This document shows positions 12,177-20,000 of a stretch of DNA of 20,000 bases, in pieces (within the stretch, counting starts at the first letter, position 1; every line of letters starts with the position of its first letter). Source of the DNA: Catajapyx aquilonaris (Eukaryota); assembly GCA_000934665.2 (NCBI GenBank), contig JYFJ02001417.1, positions 61,216 to 81,215 of the forward strand. The letters are read 5' to 3'. The notes under the pieces were generated by a model, which did no database searches, was not told the origin of the DNA, and saw only the letters and a program-made list of their open reading frames with translations. A program made the position numbers and the translations under genes.

Positions 12177-12349
12177 CAGTGTTGGACATAAATCGAGCCA
12201 TACTGCTAGCGACATTTTCCGAATCGGCAGAAGAAGGAATCTTGCTCGCCCGGCTTGCAGTATCCTTTTCTTCGATTCCTTCTTCTGCCGATTCGGAAAA
12301 TGTCGCTAGGCACCAGTGCATCGAATGGCTCGATTAATGTCCAACACTG
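12177..12349. mobile_element. Tc1/mariner-type MITE, 173 bp
   Basis: TA|CAGTGTTGGACATAAATCGAGCCAT...ATGGCTCGATTAATGTCCAACACTG|TA: 25-bp TIR (1 mismatch), TA duplication at 12175-76 and 12350-51, Tc1-like CAGTG terminus. Also a perfect internal 36-bp inverted repeat, 12206-12241 / 12274-12309. Confidence 0.85.
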
Positions 12350-12715
12350 TACAATGAGTGAGAAGGACGTCAGTGACCGAGCATACAAAAAAGTGACGCC
12401 ATATCGGCATCATGGGAAGCATCACCAATGGCGAAGGCTCGAAGGACAACAGCAATAAGCTTGGAAAGGAAGCGCGGAAAATTATCAAGGTGAAAGAAGA
12501 CCACCCAAAATGGAATCTTCACAATATTATTCCATCCAAATTAATTTCGCAGTATGGCGCAACTTCAACGATATAAAAAAAAACGAGTGCATTGACACTG
12601 CCTGCCTGAGAAGCACGAAGGCGTCAACAGCTTCGTAATTGAGGTTCACTATTTTTATTACACGCTTTATATTAGTTTCACTTTGTCTGTGAGTGTGTGT
12701 GTCCACCCCTCCGTT

Positions 12716-13260
12716 CGCCCTTGCCCCACCATCTATCGGTGGGTATTAACGTTAGGGGTGATTTCGCGCCTTCCCACACCATCTAGCGGTTCGTATTCGC
12801 ATTAGGTAGTCACGTGATTGGCTGTGTTCGCTACCTCCCTACCGTCTGCGGTAGCAGTCACACGATGGGTGAATTTGCAACTTCCATACCTACTAGCGGT
12901 AGTAGTCACGTGAGTCGGTCCCTTGCCCCACCATCTCAGCTACTTCCTTCAGCTACTTCCCCCCTCTCCACCACTTCTTGCTTTCCACCCCATTGGTGGG
13001 GGAGTTCGCTCCCCACACCATCTAGCGGTTGGTATTCGCATTAGGGGGTCACTTCGCAACTTCAACGCCAGATGGCGGCAGTAGTCACGTGAGGTTGTCA
13101 CATCGCTACACATCTCCGTCGCTACTTCCTCCACATCATGCTCCACATCATCGGGAGGTATTCACGTGATTTGCTGTGTTGCCTACCTCCCTACTCACAT
13201 GATGGGTGAATTAGCAACTTCCATACCTATTAGCGGTAGTGGTCACGTGAGTCGGTCTGT
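12716..13260. repeat. Imperfect GC-rich tandem/higher-order repeat array
   Basis: Recurring modules ccatctagcggt..gtattcgcattagg, gtagtagtcacgtga and gcaacttcca. 12806-12920 is repeated at 13158-13257 with a ~17-bp deletion. Confidence 0.9.
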
Positions 13261-13462
13261 TAGCAATCTCCACGCCAGTCACCGGAGTTACTGGCTCTCA
13301 GTATCCAGTTCGCTTCCTCCAAACTACAGGGCGGGAGTAAATACTCCAGACTGTTTTTAGTGACAAAGTGAAAAGATTACAAATCACAGCCTGGCACCAT
13401 TCAACTAACTCCCCATGTGCTGTACATCTGTCATTCCTTCCACTTTATCTCTAAAAACCAGT

Positions 13463-13994
13463 TAAAATATAAATAAATAAAAAACCTTTTTAAGAACACG
13501 CTTTATATTAATCCAATTTCCAAGTGCACTAAAAAGTAGAAAATAATTTTTTTTCCTCAATCTTCAGCTTTCTCTTTTACCTTGAACTGAACAGAAGATT
13601 CATGACTTTCTTTCCATGGAATTCAGCTACTGCAGTATTGTCTTGCTTTACTTATATTCTTATACGGCCTACATGACGAAAGATAAAGCGTGGGCACTAA
13701 AATTTTAATACTGTACATGGTTATATTTCATGCCATGGAAGTAGATAATGTGTCATTTAGTGCCCACGCTTTATTTTTCGTCATGTAGGCCGTATAAGAA
13801 TATAAGTAAAGCAAGACAATACTGCAGTAGCTGAATTCCATGGAAAGAAAGTCATGAATCTTCTGTTCAGTTCAAGGTAAAAGAGAAAGCTGAAGATTGA
13901 GGAAAAAAAAATATTTTCTACTTTTTAGTGCACTTGGAAATTGGATTAATATAAAGCGTGTTCTTAAAAAGGTTTTTTATTTATTTTTATTTTA
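13463..13994. repeat. Long near-perfect inverted repeat (foldback): arms 13463-13701 and 13756-13994, 54-bp spacer
   Basis: Arms are 239 bp each and reverse-complementary, with 3 mismatches found by manual comparison. Confidence 0.97.
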
Positions 13995-14089
13995 TTCCTT
14001 TAAAATGTCAGTTGTTTAACTAAAATGTGGCATACCTTGCATTCAACTCTTCTAGACTCCTTCTGATGCGTTATCGAGATGTATTCGAG

Positions 14090-14265
14090 TGAGTACAGCT
14101 AACGATGATAGCTCACTATACTGAGAAAATTTAAAGCATTTCAACACGCGCTGAGGGTAGTAACCATTTAGTAGCCAGTAATTAGAAATTATTGCATATG
14201 CAAAAGGTCAACAATAAAATATCCAGACACAATTAATTTGATCCAACGACAGCATTCCAAGATAC
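14090..14265 (+). repeat. Third, more diverged copy (C) of the R1-like relic at ~9795-10040 and ~18905-19135
   Basis: ctaacgatgatagctcact vs ctaacgaagatagcccact; ccagtaattagaaatt vs ccagtgattagaaatt; tttgatccaacgacagcattc vs tttgacccaacaacagcattc. Confidence 0.75.
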
Positions 14266-14309
14266 TTTTTATACAAAATAAGGATTTGTTGGTAATAATT
14301 ATTGCTCCG

Positions 14310-14680
14310 AGCTTAACACTGAGAGATTGGAAGGCGGCATTCGACTGCCTAAAGAATATGACACTAGAACGTTTTGTAGGCGAAAAGAGCTCAGTGAAGC
14401 GTAGGCCAGAAAAGAAGTCGGAAGCATCAGAATGTCACTTATCAAGTTATCAAAAACAGATGTCACATTTTGTTCAAAATAGTCATGTAATTGTTTCACA
14501 TAAGTAAGCTGGATCGGAAGAAAAGCCACAGGCCAAGCTGCACGGTACAAACTCATTGTTTCAATAATTAACATTAGGCAAGTCAAGCAGCCTGGAGATA
14601 AAAAAAGATATGCCACTGCTAAAACTACAAAATAATATTCAAGTGACACGTAGGTATAATAATGACATGTTAATACAGGG
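14310..14680 (+). mobile_element. Heavily deleted LINE ORF2 relic (RT domain 3 plus possible C-terminal zinc knuckle)
   Basis: LRDWKAAFDCL matches F.D.KAAFD.V. Later AARYKL...DKKR-ICHC...IIMTC loosely resembles ARFRL...RIC..C....H....C. Confidence 0.4.
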
Positions 14681-15448
14681 TGCGACACTTCACTCCAGAT
14701 TCAGAAGAACATAAGGCGTTTATATCTTCACGTTGGTTATGTGAAGATAATTTGCGTCACATTGGCAAGCTCTAAATGAATAGTTCAGAATGCATGATAA
14801 TTTATAGTTCGCATTTCTTCGCCTCCGTTTCTTTCATCACGGAACACCGTGACTAAAAACGTTACTTATGCAATAATACCCAGGGTAAATATGCTTCAAC
14901 GCAATTATAACTGCTGCTGGACTCTTAGTTGACATCCTGAACAACAAGCGTACGTGAGACGACTACCCGTCACATCGCACATCTCACCTAACACAACCAT
15001 GCCCAAATGTTTGACTTATTAAGTGCGATGACGCCGTTTTCCTGCTGTCAATAATAGTCATTATTCAAACTCCTTCTAAAACCTTTACTCTGGCAACACG
15101 TGGACTCAGATAGAAAACTCAACAAAGTCAGGGGAAGCCCGAACTGTTGAGTGTGACATTACTCGACACTTCGACTCAAACCAAACAGGTTAGTGGGCAA
15201 TACCTACAAGATCGTACCGTCCAATGTAGGAAAAGAGATGGGCTCTCTGACGTCGACATCTTGGCCTTGGACAACTGTGTCCTATGAGGTCTGTTTCATG
15301 TTAGCCCCTCTCCGATATAGGCATTTTGTTAATTGGAAATAGGCCAACGAATGCATTATTTTATGGCCCTAAACTAGACCAACAATATCCAAGTTGTGGG
15401 GAAGGGAAGGGAGATAAACCGCTGAATTTGTGGTAAATGTTTGTGAAT

Positions 15449-16489
15449 TGAACACCTGTGAAAAGTGATCGTGACACCTCTACCAACAATGCACTCGCCT
15501 ACACGTACTCCTAAAAGACGAAAGGCAAACTAAGACCAGACTACGGCAGTCTTGGCTTCAGGAGGCTTCAGATCAAGATCCACAACTTCAGCTTAATGTA
15601 GACACAGAGACGCTACAAGATCAACATTGTGGTGAGTTTGATGACAATGCTCAGAGTAATCTGTCTGATGAAGACCACGACACACTATTCCCTGAATATG
15701 TCAAAATCAACATTATACCAGAAAAAGGAAGTACAGCAACACCAAAGGACGACAAATTATAACATCTAACCCTTTCCTTAGGCTGCAGATGGAGCTTGCC
15801 AACTTAATCTACAAAAAAAATGAATAGGGATCATGTTAAAATGAATAATATTGAGCTATTATTCTTCACTTCCGCCTACCAGACTACCTGACATATTTCG
15901 AGAAGCACTGAGATAATTATACTGTACTGCCCGGGGGAATTTCCACAACTCATCACGACAATACATTGCGACACTTATTTAAGGGGTACTCGCAGAACAC
16001 TAGTAATGCTTCGAGACTCGTGGAATTGGAAGAGATAAATGAACTGTCCCAGTTAAATATGATAAATTTAGAGCAATACACTCAGATCTGAGATATGAAA
16101 CTTCTAATGACAAAAGATTTGAAATGAACGACTCCATCTCATTTCCCCGTCACATTATCAGAAAAACTATTTATCACAGGTGCCAGGAATATGAGACAAA
16201 TATTTAAATATTCATAAATAAGCAAAACAAAGAAATAGATGTAAGTCCATGATTTAGTCCTGGCACACGTGATATGGACGTCCCGCATTATGGATCCGTA
16301 AATACGGCCAACAATGTTGCAAATAATTTCTTGGGACCAAAATACCCGATTCAAACGAGTAATACTGAAATAGGAAGGCGCCATGCGCTTGAGAACATCC
16401 AGAACTTGCAAGAACTGCTCTCTCTGCTGAATCAATATCTGACCAGTGACCATCCGTGGAACATTCTTCATAAGCGACAATTTGTATGA
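15449..16489 (+). mobile_element. Jockey-like LINE ORF2 relic, internally deleted
   Basis: KTRLRQSW..QLNVDTETL (KRRLRR.WQ..LNRAT..L), FPEYVKINIIPEKG (FP..WK...I.IPKPG), LRY...DKR-LK*T (KYLG..LDKRL.W), NKEI-CKSMI*SWHT*YGRPALW-GSVNTAN (NKL.IYK.I..P.WTYG..LWG.A..SN). Confidence 0.6.
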
Positions 16490-16508
16490 TAAGTGATAAC
16501 ATAGAGAG

Positions 16509-16632
16509 TTATTATTATTATTATTATTCTATTAATATTCAACGTGCGCAAATTAACGGTGCAATGACTTGCCCAAATTACAGACAATATGATCAACCTA
16601 AAACATAGGGTACATACGGCCGACCTTTGCTT
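16509..16632 (-). repeat. (TTA)n tract (16509-16528) plus dispersed repeat shared with 147-230
   Basis: About 6.7 TTA units directly followed by the segment similar to 147-230; on the minus strand it reads as repeat body then (AAT)n tail. Confidence 0.5.
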
Positions 16633-16861
16633 CTTCGGTTATCCGTTGCCTAGATAAGGATGTCAGCAATCATAGTCAGTAACCGCAATGTAAAAGGTGC
16701 CCAGCTATCAATTCAAAAGGGTGCTTACATCGAGGGAACCTGCGAAAACAACGACAGGTATGAAGAGGACAAGAGTGAGACTACCAGTTCCGACCAATAC
16801 CTTGGCAGTGTCACGTGATCCTTTTTTTGTCTATTTTTTTGTCATTCTTTAGTAACGGAGG

Positions 16862-17070
16862 ATTCCTATCCGTCCGTCTTACTGACTTTGTGACACTTAC
16901 GGAGGGAAAATGCAAATGGCCATCTGGGGCTGCAGCGTCTCAACAATAAATATAAACTCGTACACGCTAAGACCAGTACATGGGTCACGTAGCCTACCTG
17001 AAAGACTTCTTAACTAGGAAGTGAAGGATTCAGGTCACAAACCAGCGATGTCATCGCCGCATGAACATAA
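16862..17070 (+). mobile_element. LINE ORF1 (gag-like) relic
   Basis: YPSVLLTL...GHLG...KY...QYMGHVAY...DSGH resembles P..SV.LTF...LP....LG....V..Y....C..CQ..GH.A..C. Confidence 0.35.
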
Positions 17071-17101
17071 ACACTAATTCTGAACAAGTGTCTGAAACTC
17101 T

Positions 17102-17245
17102 GGTTACAAAAAACCAAATTAATGCTAGCGAAATTAGTGTATGATACATGAAGTATAGTAACAGTGAAAATGGGTTATTCCAACCTTAATCCTGACCATA
17201 GGATATGAAAAGTATGGATTGCACATGACATCACAACCGCATGAT
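17102..17245. repeat. Duplicated block, paralog of 8685-8817
   Basis: Direct similarity, with a ~9-bp indel (tcctgacca region) relative to the first copy. Confidence 0.9.
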
Positions 17246-17604
17246 TTTTTAACTACACTTATAGGAAGGGGAAAGGTCAACAAGTGACTCGTTCACTGTG
17301 AGGTCGAGTCACAATAAAAACCAATTATTATCAACTACGTAAGTTATCTCAACACACGCCTGCCGGCAAAACCAGTCTTGCGGGTCTTAAATACCTTTAC
17401 CCAGATTCATTTATTACAGAAATCTGTGTGGAATATTTTTGAGATATTAATGAAATAGTACTTTGATAAATAATAATTCTTTGAACGGACGGACAGTTCT
17501 GTCAAATTTTCCCATATGAAAGAGAGAGGTCCCAGGAATAATGTTCAATTGTTCAAGACATTGACTCAAGTTCAATCATTATATTGCTACTGCGTAGAGG
17601 CGAG

Positions 17605-17870
17605 AAAATATGGCAATTCGTATTAATGTTTGGTACGAGCATAACCTCGTATAAGCAGAGAGAGACTATGTGGTACAACTCAACTGCATAAAGAATACTG
17701 CCATCGGTAGTGGCACTGCACCGATGTAGGGAAAGCGACAACACGCTTCACTGTATACGACACCACAAAACTGGAGGGGACAACCCAAACAGGAGGCACA
17801 ACCTTCCTGGTTTGCCGACAACAAGAATAACAGCATCCTATGCCGCTGCCACATCAGACCAACTGCGTTA
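17605..17870 (+). mobile_element. APE endonuclease N-terminal relic (I-like)
   Basis: KEY-PSVVALH..RESDN-RFTVY...TGGTTFLV..TSDQL resembles KEY.P.VIALQET.......GY..Y....GGVAILV. Confidence 0.4.
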
Positions 17871-17877
17871 TTACTGA

Positions 17878-19418
17878 ATCCTAAAACATATTTCAGTACC
17901 AACAGTTATTCCCATAGGTATGTCATTATTGCTATTGTTATCGTCTCCTTCTCATCCCTCGCATAGTATCAATCTTAAGCATTTACTGGTACGATGCCAG
18001 AGTTTTATTGCCATCCGTACAAACCCTGCCCGAAATGGATCATGTCCTCCTTCCAAATGAGCCAATGGAACGAAAGGTAGGGTGAAGTGAAGGCCACAAG
18101 AAGAAGCCCAATGAGCAGGCCAAAGACGATTATAATGGAGAGTGATGTCACCCTTCGGATAGGGGAGGTCCATTCGAACATTGCAGAAAACATCAACTCA
18201 TACATGCAGATCTCACTCAGAGAGTGTGTCCGGAAAGATTTTAACATTGACATAGACACTGGTTGAATTAACTTCGACAACTCTTCAACATATTATTGAC
18301 TCGACATGGGCCTGTGAAGCAATGATATAATGATGATTTATAACATACGAGCTCCCTACTCCAACTACAATTCCTCTTGTTGTGCACTTAAAAGGAGAAA
18401 ATTTTAATATTGTAACGCAATATTCTATTTTAAATCATACATTTAGCTTTTAATACATCTAATTTCTCAATAATGCATAAGCAGTCTCCGTTTCAGGATA
18501 TTAAATTTGATATACTGTATTCAATCGCAGAGTTGTTAAATAAATTTGCGAGAAATCAGATAACCTGAAAAGTACATGTTTTCGGGATTACGCCGATTTT
18601 GACATACACAGATCTTGCTGCAGGAAGACGATGTAAAATACGACGACACTTCATTACGTAGTGGGGACATACCACCCGTGAGTGTGAATGATGTCTCCAG
18701 GTATGCAGGTATACCTTATTCGTGTAGTTACGGATAATAACTCGGCAACAAAGCTTGCCCAACAACAGGATAAATATAACTTAGAAGAGATAATAATTAT
18801 AGATCCCAAGCTGATAGCATCGAAATGCTGAAAAACAAAGTAAAATATCTGGAGGACAGAACATAGGATGCCATGGAATACAATACTCCAGTAAGACAAT
18901 GACATACGAGCGCATCTAACGAAGATAGCCCACTGCTGACGGCATTTAGAACAGTTCAACACATGCAGAGGACACTTCTTCCCTTGAAGTAGCATCACAG
19001 TAGTAATTTATTATCATATCTTGCGAGAAATGGTTTCAATATGAATCCAGCGATTAGAAATTGAGAAATGCACAAAAGAGCAACAATGAAGTCTGCAGCG
19101 ACAATTTGTTTGACCCAACAACAGCATTCAAAAGTAATATTCATGTGAAGAATTGGATCTACATTGAAAAAGTCTGATCTCAAAGAGAGACGACATCTGG
19201 AACTGTATAGGAGGAAGTTCCCAAGTGATGATCCCCCTCTTTGCTCACTGGTGAAGATCACCAGCCATAACTTAATTGAATCTGGAGTTGAATGGTATCT
19301 GTAACTGATGTGAGTGCAATGAGGAAATGTACTCAGTGCAACGCAGACTCTTACAACTTTCTTCCTCAACCTTGATTATGGCCTTGCACGAGGGTAATTT
19401 ATATATGTGTACTACTAC

Positions 19419-19425
<7 letters not shown>
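17878..19425 (+). repeat. Segmental duplicate B (paralog of 9376-10318) carrying 616 extra bp (17931-18546)
   Basis: 17878-17930 matches 9376-9431 and 18547-19425 matches 9432-10318. The extra segment is bounded by ATT on both sides. Confidence 0.9.
18010..18270 (+). mobile_element. LINE ORF1 relic (R1/LOA-like)
   Basis: RRSPMSRPKTIIMESDV.LRIGEVHSNIAENINSYMQISLRECVRKDFNIDIDTG resembles RP.IIIYDV.....EE....I..QN.....S.EE....F....TG. Confidence 0.35.

Positions 19426-19491
<66 letters not shown>
19420..19491 (-). repeat. Perfect (TAA)24 microsatellite = (TTA)n 3' tail of the minus-strand LINE
   Basis: 72 bp of uninterrupted TAA; minus-strand AATAAA (plus tttatt, 19493-19498) lies immediately before it. 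Confidence 0.9.
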
Positions 19492-19675
19492 GTTTATTGA
19501 CATATTGTTACATCCTTTAGAAAAACATATCACTTTTGCGCCCCCCTAACATGGGGGCGGACTTCACCACCTCGACAATTTTCTTTATGGAACGCCGTGG
19601 TCTATTTACTTTCCTCATATCCTGTGTATTAAAACCTCTGTTTTTATTTGTTTATTTACTTTAACTGTTATTATT

Positions 19676-19999
19676 TTAGTCTTCACTTAATCTTTTATAT
19701 CTATAATAGGTATTTAATAGCCTTTTTACAATTTCAAACTTTTCATTACTGATATCACCCAACTCGACCAAGAATTGGGACCTGGACACATTATTTAAGT
19801 TTACATCCCTCCTTCTTTGTTCTAAGATTCTACATTCAAAAATGATGTGGTACCAATTCTCTCTATTGGATTGGCCACAAATTGTACATAAGTTGTCCGG
19901 CTTTATTGTTAAAGAGGAGACATGTGTCAGAGGGATCCAGTTACTATTGTTTCTAATGGCTAATATTATCCTCTTATTAGTTAAAGATAAATTCGTTGA
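19676..19999 (-). CDS. C-terminal 107 aa of a LINE ORF2 with CCHC zinc knuckle (5'-partial; missing from the supplied ORF track)
   Basis: STNLSLTNKRIILAIRNNSNWIPLTHVSSLTIKPDNLCTICGQSNRENWYHIIFECRILEQRRRDVNLNNVSRSQFLVELGDISNEKFEIVKRLLNTYYRYKRLSED*; C-x2-C-x9-H-x4-C followed by L...R, no internal stop. Confidence 0.8.
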   Translation of the reverse strand, partial: STNLSLTNKRIILAIRNNSNWIPLTHVSSLTIKPDNLCTICGQSNRENWYHIIFECRILEQRRRDVNLNNVSRSQFLVELGDISNEKFEIVKRLLNTYYRYKRLSED

Positions 20000-20000
20000 T

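Larger units (their letters stand above)
12660..13994 (+). mobile_element. Helentron-associated (DINE-1/HINE-like) non-autonomous element
   Basis: 15-bp subterminal inverted repeat ACACGCTTTATATTA (12660-12674) / TAATATAAAGCGTGT (13947-13961); T-rich flanks with no clear TSD; TGTC/GT microsatellite at ~12684-12703; central GC-rich imperfect tandem repeats (12716-13260). This is the DINE-1/HINE order of parts. Confidence 0.55.
19420..20000 (-). mobile_element. 3' end of a young non-LTR retrotransposon, truncated by the window edge
   Basis: Open ORF2 C-terminus, ~180-nt 3' UTR with a GC stem-loop (19539-19559), AATAAA and a simple-repeat tail. Homology to duplicate A stops at the tail. Confidence 0.85.

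Noticed and set aside
12107..12488. Overlapping ORFs on both strands sharing LATFSESAEEGI
   Set aside because: Artefact of the MITE's inverted repeat.
12460..12575. RKIIKVKEDHPKWNLHNI, resembling a pogo-like transposase N-terminal HTH
   Set aside because: Too short, with no supporting downstream motifs.
12716..13260. Repeat array as a possible CRISPR locus
   Set aside because: Repeats are degenerate and irregular, the spacers are themselves repeated, there are no cas genes, and the context is eukaryotic.
14900..15290. Possible I-clade RNase H / C-terminal relic on + (YPSH, LWQH, TLRL)
   Set aside because: Motifs are too degenerate to support by eye; worth a profile search.
16139..16502. 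Possible endogenous viral element or small gene (three overlapping ORFs)
   Set aside because: Better explained as a frameshifted Jockey-like RT thumb region.
17553..19369. Run of hydrophobic minus-strand ORFs resembling a multi-exon membrane receptor gene, duplicated at 9.4-10.4 kb
   Set aside because: The frames are not preserved in the paralog (stops and frameshifts), and the + strand carries ordered LINE motifs. The hydrophobicity is the antisense shadow of A-rich LINE sequence.

Overview
AT-rich eukaryotic (probably arthropod; inferred from repeat types) DNA. I found no convincing intact host gene, RNA gene or CRISPR array. Most ORFs in the supplied track are chance frames or antisense shadows. 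Read by eye across frameshifts, most of the window is a mosaic of old, deletion-riddled non-LTR retrotransposon (LINE) relics: ORF1/gag zinc knuckles, APE endonuclease, RT and C-terminal CCHC pieces, apparently from several clades. Almost all of the recognisable old coding relics lie on the + strand, as expected for a uni-strand piRNA-cluster-like TE trap or a large intron of a minus-strand gene. Superimposed on this are: (i) an old collinear local duplication/triplication (about 8.7-10.8 kb, 14.1-15.6 kb, 17.1-19.4 kb); (ii) a 173-bp Tc1/mariner-type MITE with TA duplication; (iii) a ~1.3-kb Helentron/DINE-1-like element with CTCF-like motif repeats whose 3' part forms a near-perfect 239-bp-arm foldback; (iv) minus-strand fragments of a copia RT and of an unclassified invertebrate transposase-like protein; and (v) the 3' end of a young minus-strand LINE (open CCHC-containing frame, 3' stem-loop, AATAAA, (TTA)24 tail) running off the right edge. 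Relic calls rest on manual motif recognition, have approximate boundaries and need profile-search confirmation.
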